From a bacterium (candidate division B38) B3_B38 (GTDB lineage: Bacteria > Acidobacteriota > B3-B38 > Guanabaribacteriales > B3-B38): a stretch of 60,843 bases of DNA. The translations under genes were made by a program, and so were the position numbers. Within the stretch, counting starts at the first letter, position 1. Each line of letters begins with the position of its first letter. The stretch lies in NCBI GenBank assembly GCA_005223145.1, contig NJBL01000003.1, positions 1 through 60,843 of the forward strand, written 5' to 3'. Positions 7,662 through 18,500 of the stretch are shown piece by piece. The notes below the pieces were generated by a model, which saw only the letters and a program-made list of their open reading frames with translations, ran no database searches and had not been told where the DNA came from.

Positions 7662-9656
7662 ATGGCTGATAAGGAATTCAAACCATATGTTCCCGCAGTG
7701 ACTACTCTGAAAGAGTTCACCTTAAAGGCTATCCTGCTGGGAATTGTCTTATCAATAGTCTTGGGTGCAGCCAATGCTTATGTGGGCTTGAAAGCTGGTA
7801 TGACCGTAGCCGCCACCTTCCCCGCAGCGGTCATTGCCATGGCGGTACTCCGAATCTTTAAAGGGAGCATCCTGGAAGAAAACATCACCCGAACCACCGG
7901 TGCAGTGGGCGAAGCCCTGGTGGCAGGAGCTATTTTCACCATCCCCGCTTTCATAATGACAGGTGTCTGGGAGAAGCTGAGATACTGGGAGAGCACCGTA
8001 CTTATGCTTATCGGGGGAGTGCTGGGGGTTCTATTTGTTATCTTTCTCCGGCGGATACTCATTGAGGACACAGAGTTACCTTTTCCCGAGAGTGTTGCCT
8101 GTGGGGAGATAGTAAAAGCGGGACAGAAGGGACAAACCGGAGCGATGTATGTCTTTGGTACCATGGGAGTAGCCGCTCTGATCGAGCTATTCAAGAACAG
8201 TCGGGGGATTCAACTGTTCAGTGAGTCGGTTTCGGGATTTTTCAGGTTTAGCAGGTCTATCCTTCAGCTATTTACCGGGGAATTGAAACCGGTAGGGGGG
8301 GCAGAAGGGTACTCTGGAGGTGTTTTTCTCCGTTCGCCTGCCGCTTCGCCAGCTATGATAGGGGTAGGTTACATTATCGGACCGAGGTTAGCGGCAGTGG
8401 TCTTTTCTGGAGGGGTGTTTGGTTGGATATTGCTGGTGCCCTTACTGCTGTTTATCAATCCCGCCTTTGCCAATTTAGTAGGTGGCTATCTCCCCGATGG
8501 GGAAACCGTGAGTTGGCTCACTCTGAGCGAGTCGGTATGGTTCACCATGGTGAGGCCGTTAGCAGTGGGTGCTATGCTGGTGGGAGCCTTTTATACCCTG
8601 TTCAAAATGAGAAAGTCACTCACCAAGGGGGTTGGCCGCGCATTTCGGGATATAAAGAGGGTGAAGATGGGCGAAATCACCCCCAATCGGCTGGAAAAGG
8701 ACCTTTCCTTCAAGCCGGTGATCACCGCTATTTTGTTGCTGATGATACCGATATTTTTCATCTATTATTATTTCAGCCAGAGTATAGGGGGCGCCCTTCT
8801 TTCAACGGTGGTAATGACGGTGGCGGGTTTCCTTTTCGCCGCGGTGGCCGGATATTTAGTAGGCTTGATAGGGAGTTCCAATAACCCTATCTCCGGTTTG
8901 ACCCTGACCACTCTGATAATAGCCGCCCTATTAATGGTTCTCATTGGACTGAAAGGTCCTCTGGGGATCGCTGCTGTGCTGGGTGTAGCTGCCGTGGTTT
9001 GTTGTTCCTCAGGAGTAGCAGGCGATATAATGCAAGACCTCAAGGTGGGGCATATTTTAGGTGGAACTCCATGGAAGATGGAGATTGCCTGTATCATAGG
9101 GGTTATAGCCGCCAGCCTGGTAATGGTATTCCCCCTCAGTATCCTCCATCGAGGCACCCCTGGAGGGATAGGAGGACCCGGCCTCCCTGCGCCTCAGGCA
9201 GGTTTGATGTCGATGTTGTCCCAGGGGATTGTTGGCGGGACTATGGCTTGGGCGCTGGTGCTGGTGGGGATGGTCTTCTCCATTGGGTTGATCCTTATTA
9301 AATCCCCTTCCCCTATGCTGATCGCAGTGGGTATGTACCTTCCCCTGCAGACCACAGCCGCTATTTTCGTGGGAGGAGTGATCAAGTATATCGTGACCAG
9401 AACATATCAGCGCCGAAAGCTCAGCAAAGAGCTGGCTGGTAGAGGGGAGAATGTAGGGATTCTCCTCGCCTCAGGGCTTATTGCCGGGGAGGCGTTGACC
9501 GGAGTCTTGATAGCAGCCCTGGTAGTAGCGGATATCCACCTACCAGCTATAGGGCAGAATCCCTTGGGGGGGCTGGTGGTATTTGCCCTATTGGCAGCTA
9601 TTCTGATAGGCATACCTCTGAGGAGTTTAAAAGGTGGCACAGCGCAATCTTCTTGA
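7662..9656 (+). CDS. OPT-family oligopeptide transporter
   Basis: 664 aa polytopic membrane protein with motifs AANAYVGLKAGMTV, LPFPESVAC, SNNPISG, MQDLKVG, PAPQAGLM and LASGLIAGE. Confidence 0.93.
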   Translation: MADKEFKPYVPAVTTLKEFTLKAILLGIVLSIVLGAANAYVGLKAGMTVAATFPAAVIAMAVLRIFKGSILEENITRTTGAVGEALVAGAIFTIPAFIMTGVWEKLRYWESTVLMLIGGVLGVLFVIFLRRILIEDTELPFPESVACGEIVKAGQKGQTGAMYVFGTMGVAALIELFKNSRGIQLFSESVSGFFRFSRSILQLFTGELKPVGGAEGYSGGVFLRSPAASPAMIGVGYIIGPRLAAVVFSGGVFGWILLVPLLLFINPAFANLVGGYLPDGETVSWLTLSESVWFTMVRPLAVGAMLVGAFYTLFKMRKSLTKGVGRAFRDIKRVKMGEITPNRLEKDLSFKPVITAILLLMIPIFFIYYYFSQSIGGALLSTVVMTVAGFLFAAVAGYLVGLIGSSNNPISGLTLTTLIIAALLMVLIGLKGPLGIAAVLGVAAVVCCSSGVAGDIMQDLKVGHILGGTPWKMEIACIIGVIAASLVMVFPLSILHRGTPGGIGGPGLPAPQAGLMSMLSQGIVGGTMAWALVLVGMVFSIGLILIKSPSPMLIAVGMYLPLQTTAAIFVGGVIKYIVTRTYQRRKLSKELAGRGENVGILLASGLIAGEALTGVLIAALVVADIHLPAIGQNPLGGLVVFALLAAILIGIPLRSLKGGTAQSS

Positions 9657-9987
9657 CCTGATTCCTATGAGGAATCGTCAATGGGAAATGGGTGATGGTG
9701 ATAAGGTCGTCATCCTCAGACCGAAATTTGAAGACCATTGGCTGGGGAGATGGCTATTGCCCCGTATGAAAAATTCCCACTACAGGGTCAGATTGGATTC
9801 CTATGGCAGCTGGGTGTGGAGAAAATGCGATGGGCGCTGTACGGTTAAGGAGATTGCAGATGGCCTTGAAAGGCACTTCGGAGATTCCATAGAGCCAGTC
9901 TATCAGCGTCTTGCTCTGTTCCTTAACCAATTGTGGAGGGGTAGATTTATTGTCTATCAGGACAGCTCAGGCAGGCTGGTTAAGTGA
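9634..9987 (+). CDS. PqqD-family (RRE-like) protein
   Basis: Pattern LDSYGSWVWRKCDGRCTVKEIADGLERHF...LALFLNQL. It overlaps the OPT stop, suggesting coupling. Confidence 0.75.
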   Translation: MAQRNLLDLIPMRNRQWEMGDGDKVVILRPKFEDHWLGRWLLPRMKNSHYRVRLDSYGSWVWRKCDGRCTVKEIADGLERHFGDSIEPVYQRLALFLNQLWRGRFIVYQDSSGRLVK

Positions 9988-10088
9988 GAGGATTCAGGGG
10001 AATGCCCCCTGTTCATCTATAAATCAGACGACCACCCCTGGTGAAGGGGTGAGATTTTTAGTTTGGAAAGAATCATCGGAGGAGAGGT

Positions 10089-11006
10089 ATGTTTGGAAGA
10101 AGAGGTTTGAGGTGGGGATGGTTTATCCTTTTTATCCTCTTTTTTATCACCACCGAATGTTCTGAAAAGGAGAAAGAAAATGTCCAGGCTCTCATTACTC
10201 CTGATATTAAACTAAGTGCCACCGAATTCCCTATAGGTTCCCCTCTGGAGATAAGCTATCAATGGATGATTGGTTCCCAGATGACACCCCTCCAAAAAGA
10301 TTACACCGTTTTTGTCCATTTCCTGGACCAGGAGGGGAAGCTCATCTTTACCGATGACCATGCTCCACCACTTCCCACCAGCCAATGGAAGCCTGGCGGA
10401 CGAGTAGAATATCAAAGAACCCCGTTCATTCCTTATACTCCAATGGTGGGAGAGCTTAAGGTTAAAGTTGGGCTTTATCACATAGAAAGTGGGACAAGAT
10501 TGACCTTAGCAGGAAAAGACGAGGGAGGGGATAGGGCTTATCTTGTGGGAAAGGTCAAGCTCCTTCCGGAAGATTTAAATAGTTTGCCAGTTTATAAAGA
10601 CGGATGGTACGACCTTGAAGTGGTCTCCGAAGACACCCTTAAGGAGTGGATATGGTCGCAGAAAGAAGCTGAGGTTTCCTTTGTCAACCCTCGAAGGGAT
10701 GCCATCCTCTATCTTCGTGCCCTATCCCCGGCGGCTTATTTAGGCTCACCCCAGCAGATTACCCTCTATTTAAATGATCAGCCCCTGGAATCCTGGCAGT
10801 GCACTTCCTCAGAAGATTTTCTGCGGAAGATAACTATAGAGAAAGAGAGGCTGGGACGGGACAATTGGATTGACATCAGGATTGAGGTGGATAAGGTCTT
10901 CATCCCCATTGAGCACGGAGAAGGGAAAGACACCCGGGAGCTTGGGGTGAAGGTTTATAATCTGCTGCTTAAACCTGCCTCGGTAGCTTCTGTTACCAGG
11001 AGATAA
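10089..11006 (+). CDS. Hypothetical exported protein
   Basis: 305 aa with a hydrophobic N-terminus, beta-rich domains and an RBS (GGAGAGG). Confidence 0.65.
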   Translation: MFGRRGLRWGWFILFILFFITTECSEKEKENVQALITPDIKLSATEFPIGSPLEISYQWMIGSQMTPLQKDYTVFVHFLDQEGKLIFTDDHAPPLPTSQWKPGGRVEYQRTPFIPYTPMVGELKVKVGLYHIESGTRLTLAGKDEGGDRAYLVGKVKLLPEDLNSLPVYKDGWYDLEVVSEDTLKEWIWSQKEAEVSFVNPRRDAILYLRALSPAAYLGSPQQITLYLNDQPLESWQCTSSEDFLRKITIEKERLGRDNWIDIRIEVDKVFIPIEHGEGKDTRELGVKVYNLLLKPASVASVTRR

Positions 11007-11096
11007 AAGTGGTTCGGAAGGATTAATCCTTAAAAGAGAGAATATTTTTTGTAATTTCCAGAGAAAAAATCCTATCAGAGGGGCTTTCCATAAACA

Positions 11097-11864
11097 ATGG
11101 CTTCTATTGGCGAGCAGTTTAAAAGGGAAAGAATAGGGAAGAAAATCTCTTTAGAGGATGTTGCCCGGGAGACGAAGATCAGGGTTAGCTTCCTTCGGGC
11201 TATCGAGGAAGATAGGTTCGACCTTCTACCCGGCGGGGTTTTTACCAGGAATTTCCTCCGGGCGTATGCCATATACTTGCGGATGGATGAGGATGAGGTG
11301 GTGAAAAGCTTTGTTCAACTGTCCCCCCCGAGCGAAGAGAAGAAGTTATCCCCTTTGCTGGTGGTTGAGGAGCATAAAAGGAGGCGTTATTTCTACCAGA
11401 TAGCCATTCTCATACTCCTTATATTGCTTCTGGGCTATATTCTGTGGGTAAAAGGCTGGGATTTTAAAGGGGAGAATGTATACAACCTCCAGCAGAATGA
11501 GAAACCCTCGACTATCAAGGAGGAGACAGCGGTTATTCCTGAGAGGCGGGAGGTCTTACCATCTGCCAGAGAGCCTTCTTCTGAAGCATCTGAGCTTTCC
11601 ATGGAGCTTAGAGCTATCGACTCGTGCTGGGTAGAGATTTTGGCGGATGATAGATTGGTTGCTTACAAACTTCTTCAGCCGGGCGAGAAGCTCACTTTTG
11701 TCGCTCGTCAGCGCTTCTCACTCACCTTAGGCAATGCCGGCGGGGTGGAAGTTAGTCTCAACGGTAAGAGATTACGCCGCCTGGGTAGACTGGGGGAGGT
11801 TAAACGAAGTTTTGAATTGGATGTCGAAAATTGGCGTCAATATGCCACAGAGGATAATCAGTAA
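11097..11864 (+). CDS. rodZ: RodZ-like protein (HTH + TM + DUF4115)
   Basis: HTH SLEDVARETKI...RGFLRAYA-like segment, one TM helix and a C-terminal LGNAGGVEVSLNG. Confidence 0.8.
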   Translation: MASIGEQFKRERIGKKISLEDVARETKIRVSFLRAIEEDRFDLLPGGVFTRNFLRAYAIYLRMDEDEVVKSFVQLSPPSEEKKLSPLLVVEEHKRRRYFYQIAILILLILLLGYILWVKGWDFKGENVYNLQQNEKPSTIKEETAVIPERREVLPSAREPSSEASELSMELRAIDSCWVEILADDRLVAYKLLQPGEKLTFVARQRFSLTLGNAGGVEVSLNGKRLRRLGRLGEVKRSFELDVENWRQYATEDNQ

Positions 11865-11899
11865 AAGGTGAAGTCATACCTTTACAGAGGAGTTTCCCT

Positions 11900-12907
11900 T
11901 TGACCACTTACCCCAAGGAGGACATTAGGAGACAAAAAGAGAGAGAGGCTAAGGAGATAGTCTATAGACTATTAACAGAGAAAAAAGCTCCTTTGAGTCT
12001 GCGTCTGGCTATAAGTAGAGGGGAATTGCCCTTAGCAAAGGTTGAGCTTCTGAAGATGCTCTTTCTCCTGAGGGATGACCCCGACGAGGAGGTCCAAAGC
12101 TCCATAAGAACAACCTTAGAAGCCATAGAAGGAAGAGAGCTGGCGGAGCTCATCCAGAGGACGAACTTCACATCCAACCAGCTCGACTTTCTCAGCCGCT
12201 ACTCTCTTTCCAAACGGGATGTACTGGAGACCATTGTGCTTGACTCCTCCACCTCTGATAAAACCATCGAGTTCTTGGCTGATAAAATCGGAGCAGAGGA
12301 GCTGGAGCTAATCCTCATGGATCAACTCCGGTTGAGGCGTTGCCCTTCTATTCTGAACAGGATAAAGCATAACCCTCTGCTTTCTCCTGAAGAGAGGGAG
12401 AGGTTGTTGCAGATGGGTCAAGCATCGTCCCAATCCCAGGATGTCAAAGATAAAAAAGAAGAGGTGCGACGCACCGTGCTGCAGAAGATAGCCTGCCTCA
12501 CTGTGGGACAGAAGATTATCTTAGCCCTAAAGGGCACCCGGGGGGAAAGGGTCATCTTAGTTCGCGACCCTAATCGGACAGTGGCTACTATGGTTCTTAA
12601 AAGCCCTAAACTGGGAGACCAGGAGGCAGAGAGCATCGCTAATATGCGCAATGTGTGCGATGAGGTGTTACGTGGCGTTGCTGAAAACAGGGAGTGGATG
12701 GGCAAGTATCCCATCGTTCACAACCTGGTCAAAAACCCCAAAACCCCCGTAAATGTCTCCATGGGTCTAATCTATAAGCTAAACAATGTCGACCTGAATA
12801 AGTTGAAGAACAACCTTGATGTCCCTGAAGTGATAAGACGGAAAAGTTCCCAAACCTTAAGGAGCAGGTTACATATCGATCACCAACGCCGGGGGAGGGA
12901 GCGGTAA
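11900..12907 (+). CDS. Conserved helical-repeat hypothetical protein
   Basis: 335 aa all-helical, with motifs LALKGTRGERVILVRDPNR and NLVKNPKTP. Confidence 0.7.
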   Translation: MTTYPKEDIRRQKEREAKEIVYRLLTEKKAPLSLRLAISRGELPLAKVELLKMLFLLRDDPDEEVQSSIRTTLEAIEGRELAELIQRTNFTSNQLDFLSRYSLSKRDVLETIVLDSSTSDKTIEFLADKIGAEELELILMDQLRLRRCPSILNRIKHNPLLSPEERERLLQMGQASSQSQDVKDKKEEVRRTVLQKIACLTVGQKIILALKGTRGERVILVRDPNRTVATMVLKSPKLGDQEAESIANMRNVCDEVLRGVAENREWMGKYPIVHNLVKNPKTPVNVSMGLIYKLNNVDLNKLKNNLDVPEVIRRKSSQTLRSRLHIDHQRRGRER

Positions 12908-12970
12908 ACTCAGCCAAGGACAAAACTGAGGGTGCGCTCTGGAACGAGGGAGATGATTCTTCTAATTAAG

Positions 12971-12999
12971 TTGACATGGGAAAGGAATTGTTTTAATAT
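12971..12999 (+). promoter_or_regulatory. Sigma70-type promoter for recA
   Basis: TTGACA-17 nt-TAATAT. Confidence 0.65.
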
Positions 13000-13027
13000 A
13001 TATCCAAATTAAAAGAAAGGAGGCAAA

Positions 13028-14074
13028 ATGGTTTCTGATCCTGATAAGCGCTCCAAAGCGATTGATATAGCTCTGCTCCAGATTGAGAAGCTGTTTGGCA
13101 AGGGGTCTATTATGTGGCTGGGCTCCAAGGGTGCGGTGATAGATGTTCCTGCTATCTCTACCGGCTCCATCTCATTAGATGCTGCTCTGGGGGTAGGAGG
13201 TATCCCTCGGGGGAGGGTCACCGAAATTTTTGGTCCCGAAGCCTCGGGAAAGACAACCCTGGTCCTCCATATTATTGCCGAGACGCAGAAAGCGGGGGGG
13301 GTAGCTGCTTTTATTGATGCGGAGCACGCGTTAGACGCCGGTTATGCTGGGAAGTTGGGGGTGGATATAGAAAATCTGCTGGTTTCACAGCCCGATAACG
13401 GGGAGCAGGCTCTGGAGATTGCTGAGGTGCTGGTCAGAAGTAGTGCCATTAGTGCGATTGTGATTGACTCGGTAGCTGCTTTAGTGCCTCGAGCGGAACT
13501 TGAAGGGGATATGGGGGATGCCCATATGGGACTGCAGGCGCGGTTAATGTCTCAAGCTCTGAGGAAGCTGGCGGGACTGGTATCCAAGTCGAACACTTCC
13601 CTGATATTCACCAACCAGATTCGAGAGAGAATCGGCATCTTCTTCGGCAATCCCGAGACAACTACCGGTGGGCGAGCCCTGAAATTTTATTCCTCAGTCC
13701 GTCTCGATATCCGCAGGATCGGCACCATAAAAGAGGGCGAGGAGATTATCGGCAGTCGGACCAGAGTCCGAGTGGTGAAGAACAAAGTAGCCGTCCCCTT
13801 CAAGGAGGCGGAGTTTGATATTCTTTACGGGGAGGGAATCTCTAAGGAGGGGGACCTTCTGGACCTTGCAGTTCAAAGACAGATAGTGACCAAAACAGGT
13901 GCTTGGTACTCCTTTGGCGAAGAGCGTATCGGTCAGGGAAGGGGAAATGTCCGTACATTTCTCAAGAATAATACTGAGATTCGGGAGACTCTGGAGAAAA
14001 AGATAAGAGAGGAGCTCAAACTGAAAGCCACGCAGGACAAGGAGACCGAGACGCAGAAAGAGAAAGGTCCTTAG
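13028..14074 (+). CDS. recA: Recombinase RecA
   Basis: Motifs [29 protein letters not shown] and [12 protein letters not shown]. Confidence 0.98.
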   Translation: MVSDPDKRSKAIDIALLQIEKLFGKGSIMWLGSKGAVIDVPAISTGSISLDAALGVGGIPRGRVTEIFGPEASGKTTLVLHIIAETQKAGGVAAFIDAEHALDAGYAGKLGVDIENLLVSQPDNGEQALEIAEVLVRSSAISAIVIDSVAALVPRAELEGDMGDAHMGLQARLMSQALRKLAGLVSKSNTSLIFTNQIRERIGIFFGNPETTTGGRALKFYSSVRLDIRRIGTIKEGEEIIGSRTRVRVVKNKVAVPFKEAEFDILYGEGISKEGDLLDLAVQRQIVTKTGAWYSFGEERIGQGRGNVRTFLKNNTEIRETLEKKIREELKLKATQDKETETQKEKGP

Positions 14075-14148
14075 GGTACGGAAACTTTGGGTTAATTCGC
14101 CTCCTTTACTGCTGTTGGCAGTGGGGGATTATTTTTTGGTAAAAGGAG

Positions 14149-14832
14149 ATGGGAGTATTTGCTGTTCTTGGTCTGGGGGGATTTGGCTATCATGTTACCG
14201 CAACCCTCGCCACTGATGGACACGAAGTAATAGCTATCGATTCCAACAAAGAGAAGATTCAAAGCGTCAAGGAGATTGTTACCCAGGCCATCCTGACCGA
14301 TGCCACTGACAAGGAGACTTTAAAAGCTATCGGAATACAAGATGTAGATGCCGCCATTATCAGCCTGGGGGAGGAGGGGTTTGAGAGCGCGATGATGGTG
14401 ACTCTCTTCCTCAAAGAAGCCGGGGTTAAAAATATCATAGCAAAAGTGGCTAATGAAGACCAGGCTAAGATTCTGACCCAGATAGGGGCTACAGAGGTCG
14501 TCTTCCCGGAGAAGGATATGGCAATCCGACTGGCTAAAAGGCTGGGGAGCCCCAATGTTTACGACCAGATAGATATAGGGGAAGACCTTCAGATGGTGGA
14601 GCTGAGAGCTCCCTCCTCCTTTATAGAAAAGACAGTTCGGGATCTCGACCTGAGGCGCAAACACAATATACAGGTCATCGTTATCAAGCGAGAAAATCCC
14701 AAAGCCACCGGGGAGAGGAAATCCTGTTATAATGTTATTCTCCCTTTGCCCAATGAGATTATCCGGCCGGGAGATCATCTGACAGTAATGGGGAACCATA
14801 AAGCTCTGAACAAGATAAAGAAGCTAAAATAG
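14149..14832 (+). CDS. TrkA/KtrA potassium-uptake regulatory subunit
   Basis: GLGGFG nucleotide-binding motif, with TrkA-N and TrkA-C domains. Confidence 0.9.
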   Translation: MGVFAVLGLGGFGYHVTATLATDGHEVIAIDSNKEKIQSVKEIVTQAILTDATDKETLKAIGIQDVDAAIISLGEEGFESAMMVTLFLKEAGVKNIIAKVANEDQAKILTQIGATEVVFPEKDMAIRLAKRLGSPNVYDQIDIGEDLQMVELRAPSSFIEKTVRDLDLRRKHNIQVIVIKRENPKATGERKSCYNVILPLPNEIIRPGDHLTVMGNHKALNKIKKLK

Positions 14833-14882
14833 TTGCGGTTTTTATCAGGCCTCCCAAGGAGGAGACACCTTAACACTACTGG

Positions 14883-16892
14883 TTGACGAAGAGGACAACT
14901 CGCTTCGCAGTTCTACCTCTGGGGATTAGGTGGATGTCCAACTTTTCGCCAAAGTCAAAGCTATGCCTGTTATTCTTTATAACCTTTTTTATTTTGTTCC
15001 TCAACAAACCTCTCCTAAAAGGGGATGAGGTCGAAGCTTACCCCTATAATTATCGCCTCGAAGCCCCTCGGGTAATCTTATCTAACGTCCCCTTCACGGT
15101 CACCATACAAGCCGAAGGAGCCCCTCCGGAAGCGGTAATCCCTTTCACACTCAGCTTCTCCAGAGAGGGGGTGCTTATCAGGGGGGAGCTGAAGGGGTCG
15201 AATCCTTACGAGTCTGAGGAGATACGACTGTCCGATAGTGGCAGGGTGCAGCTCACCCTGCAGGTGGGCGAGCAAGAGATCATTAGACAAAATCGGGTGA
15301 TTCCCGGAATTTTGTCCATCCTACCCCCTCTGCTGGCTATCGTTTTTGCCCTGAGCTTCCGTGAGGTCATTGTCGCTCTTTTTTCTGGTGTATGGTTGGG
15401 GGCTTTATTCATATATGACTTTCGTCCCTTTGCTGCCTTCCTCCGCGTGGTAGACCACTATTATCTGCAGGCGATGACCGACCGAACCCATGCCCTTATC
15501 ATTATGTTCTCCCTTATTCTGGGAGGAATGGTGGGCGTTATCTACCGGTCGGGAGGTATGCACGGGGTGGTGGAGAAGATAAGCAAGGTCGCCCGTACTC
15601 CCCGCAGTGGTCAAATCGTTGCCAGGATAGTGGGTGTACTGATCTTCTTTGACGACTATTCAAACACCCTTATTGTGGGCAACACCATGCGCCCCTTTAC
15701 CGATAAGCTGCGAATCTCGCGGGAAAAGCTCTCTTACATAGTCGACTCCTCAGCCGCCTGTATTGCCAGTATTGCTGTTATATCCACCTGGATTGGGTTT
15801 GAGCTTTCATTGATAAGCGACGGCTTTGTCGCCCTGGGGGTGAGCCGCAATGCTTATATCACCTTCCTCCAGACTATCCCCTCCCGCTTTTACCCAATCT
15901 TTACTTTTATCTTTGGCTTTGCGGCTGCCATAATGGTTAGGGATTTCGGCTCCATGTATAAGGCTGAGAGAAGATGCCGGACTACTGGTCAGGTAATAGC
16001 TCCCTTTGCGGTGCCCATTGCCGACCCGGAGACAACCCTGACCCCGCCCCCTAAAGAGGCGCCCCGCAGATGGGTTAACGCTGTGGTTCCTTTTGCAGCG
16101 GTAATTGCTATAACCTTTTGCGGGCTCTACCTCACCGGATTGTCCAATCTGAAAGCGGAAAGGGGGGCTGCCTATGTTCGCAGTGCCCCAGGCTATGAGA
16201 TTTTCGGCGCCGGGGACTCCTTTGAAGTGCTCCTGTGGGCTTTCACTATTGGCTCCGTGCTTGCCATTGTTATGGCCATGAGTCAGAGGATTTTGAACCT
16301 TCGGAGGTCTTTAGAAGGCTGGGTTCAGGGGATAAGGTCGATGATTATGGCATGCATTATCCTGCTGTCTGCCTGGGCTATCGGGGGGATATGCGAGGAG
16401 TTGGGAACGGCTAATTATGTGGTGGAGGTCAGCAGAAGCATCTTGTCACCTCATCTTATTCCTATGGTTTCTTTCATGTTGTCATGTGCCATCGCCTTTG
16501 CTACAGGAACCTCCTGGGGGACTATGGCTATCCTCATGCCTATTGTAATTCCTCTGGGGTACAAAATGCCTTTGGCGGCGGGTTTAAGTCCTGCGATATC
16601 GGAATCAGTTCTCCTTGGCGCCATCGCTGGGGTGTTAGCCGGGGCGGCTTTTGGTGACCACTGCTCACCTATCTCTGATACCACCATACTCTCTTCCATG
16701 GCATCCGGCTCGGACCATATAGACCATGTGAAAACCCAGATTCCCTATGCCTTTACCGTGGGTGTGGTGAGCGCCCTTATAGGCTATTTGCCCATGGGCT
16801 ATGGGATAAGTCCCCTCATTACTGTTCCCATAGGGGGAATATTGTTGATCCTTATCTTGAGGTTTATAGGGAAGAAGACCGATACCTTTTAG
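14883..16892 (+). CDS. Na+/H+ antiporter NhaC-family protein
   Basis: Motifs IFFDDYSN, YIVDSSAA, FATGTSWGT and GDHCSPISDTT. The start codon is uncertain. Confidence 0.88.
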   Translation: MTKRTTRFAVLPLGIRWMSNFSPKSKLCLLFFITFFILFLNKPLLKGDEVEAYPYNYRLEAPRVILSNVPFTVTIQAEGAPPEAVIPFTLSFSREGVLIRGELKGSNPYESEEIRLSDSGRVQLTLQVGEQEIIRQNRVIPGILSILPPLLAIVFALSFREVIVALFSGVWLGALFIYDFRPFAAFLRVVDHYYLQAMTDRTHALIIMFSLILGGMVGVIYRSGGMHGVVEKISKVARTPRSGQIVARIVGVLIFFDDYSNTLIVGNTMRPFTDKLRISREKLSYIVDSSAACIASIAVISTWIGFELSLISDGFVALGVSRNAYITFLQTIPSRFYPIFTFIFGFAAAIMVRDFGSMYKAERRCRTTGQVIAPFAVPIADPETTLTPPPKEAPRRWVNAVVPFAAVIAITFCGLYLTGLSNLKAERGAAYVRSAPGYEIFGAGDSFEVLLWAFTIGSVLAIVMAMSQRILNLRRSLEGWVQGIRSMIMACIILLSAWAIGGICEELGTANYVVEVSRSILSPHLIPMVSFMLSCAIAFATGTSWGTMAILMPIVIPLGYKMPLAAGLSPAISESVLLGAIAGVLAGAAFGDHCSPISDTTILSSMASGSDHIDHVKTQIPYAFTVGVVSALIGYLPMGYGISPLITVPIGGILLILILRFIGKKTDTF

Positions 16893-16916
16893 AGCAAGGT
16901 TCTTCTGCTACCTATT

Positions 16917-18080
16917 ATGAAAGTCGCTATTGTCGGGGCTGGGGTGGCTGGTGCTTATCTGTCGGGTCTATTGGCTGAGAAAGGATGCTCCAACCTACTC
17001 TTTGACTATCTTGCCCCTTATGAGAAGCCCTGCGGTGGTGGGATTGCCTCAAAAACTATCAGGGAGTTCCCCTTTTTAGACAGTCAGGAGATAGCTAAAA
17101 GAGAAGTCCACTCTGTTGAGTTTGTCTCTCCCAGAGGGAGAGCTTATACCTTTTCGCTTCCTTCTCCTTTTTATGTCTTCTCCCGTAAGGAACTGAGTCG
17201 ATTCCTTATAGATAGGGCCATGCGGTTAGGGGCAAGCTTTATCCCGGAAAAGGTGGTGAGGGTGGAAAGAAGGAAAAGGGGATGGGAGGTTATTTCTGAC
17301 CATGGGAGCTATTCGGCAGACCTACTGGTAGGAGCTGATGGGGTAAAGAGCATTGTCCGTCGGCAGCTGTGGAGGAACTTTGACCCCCGGGACCTGAGCC
17401 TTACAGTGGTGAGTTATATTAAGGGGGATTTTGAGGGAAGGGTAAAGGTCTGTTTCCTTTCGGGAGTGGAAGGGTATATCTGGTGGTTTCCCCGCCCGGG
17501 CAATGCCTCGGTGGGCATAGGCTCCCCTCTGGGACAGATAGAGAGCCATCAGCTGGAAACTCTCCTCCGAAAGTTCACCTCGGAATATTACCCCTCAAGA
17601 GGGAAAAGGGGAGTAAGCTTCAAATGGGCGTTGGTTCCCTCGCTGAGGGCAGAGGAGCTCTCGCGCCAGAGGTTTTCGGGCGAGCGCTGGGCGCTGGTGG
17701 GGGATGCCGCCGGGCTGGTTGACCCTCTTACCAGAGAAGGGATTTACTATGCATTGAAATCTGCTCAGCTTCTGGCTGAAGCTATCCTCAAAGGGGAACT
17801 TGGGGAGTATGACAGGATGCTGGAGGAGGAATTTTTAGGTGAGCTCCGGAAGGCAGCTCGCTTGAGGAGACGGTTTTATTCCCCCTGGTTTTTAGAGATG
17901 GGGTTAAGACTGGCAGCTGCTAGTGGCAGCTTCAGGGAGATTGCTTTCCAGCTCCTCCTGGAAAAGCCAGCCTATACCAGGCTCAAAAAAAGGCTCCTGT
18001 GGAAGGGGGTTCCCGGAGCTGCTCAATTCATCTGGTACTACTCGACCAGACCTCTGAGGCGAAAGAGCTCTCTCCAGTGA
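16917..18080 (+). CDS. Geranylgeranyl reductase-family FAD oxidoreductase
   Basis: Motifs GAGVAG, KPCGGG, GADGVKS, GYIWWFP and VGDAAGLVDPLTREGI. Confidence 0.88.
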   Translation: MKVAIVGAGVAGAYLSGLLAEKGCSNLLFDYLAPYEKPCGGGIASKTIREFPFLDSQEIAKREVHSVEFVSPRGRAYTFSLPSPFYVFSRKELSRFLIDRAMRLGASFIPEKVVRVERRKRGWEVISDHGSYSADLLVGADGVKSIVRRQLWRNFDPRDLSLTVVSYIKGDFEGRVKVCFLSGVEGYIWWFPRPGNASVGIGSPLGQIESHQLETLLRKFTSEYYPSRGKRGVSFKWALVPSLRAEELSRQRFSGERWALVGDAAGLVDPLTREGIYYALKSAQLLAEAILKGELGEYDRMLEEEFLGELRKAARLRRRFYSPWFLEMGLRLAAASGSFREIAFQLLLEKPAYTRLKKRLLWKGVPGAAQFIWYYSTRPLRRKSSLQ

Positions 18081-18500
18081 TCAAACCTCAAGGAGGTTCA
18101 TCTTCAGGTGGGGCTCATAGAACCTCTTCAACTCCTCTCCTGAGGTATGAACCCACAGTTCGACCGTGGCGCTGACTTTTGAAGATAACAGATGTCCTCC
18201 ATAGGCTTTGAAATCATCCCCCGCTAAGACCGCATGAGCATGGATGAAGGGCTTACCTTCCAGCCAGCTTATGGTACCCTGCAGACTCACTAATTCTTTG
18301 CTCTCCTGAAGGTTTTTCTTCTGATATTGTTTAGTTTCGGTATTGAAATACCCGATAACTGACTCCTCCACCGCCCCAATCCCCCAGAAAGTTCCCCCCT
18401 TTATCCCTTCCTGGTGGGTAAGATGAGAAAGGCTGGATATTACCTCATCTTCTCCCTCTAATCTGAGAATATATCCCCATTCGGTCTTTCTCCATTTCAT
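18081..18500 (-). CDS. PPC-domain (DUF296) protein
   Basis: Motifs GIGAV, ELVSLQGTI, HAHAVL and GGHL. Confidence 0.88.
   Translation of the reverse strand: MKWRKTEWGYILRLEGEDEVISSLSHLTHQEGIKGGTFWGIGAVEESVIGYFNTETKQYQKKNLQESKELVSLQGTISWLEGKPFIHAHAVLAGDDFKAYGGHLLSSKVSATVELWVHTSGEELKRFYEPHLKMNLLEV

Noticed and set aside
12910-13027. LexA/SOS box upstream of recA
   Set aside because: I found no convincing palindrome or GTTC-N7-GTTC-type direct repeat.
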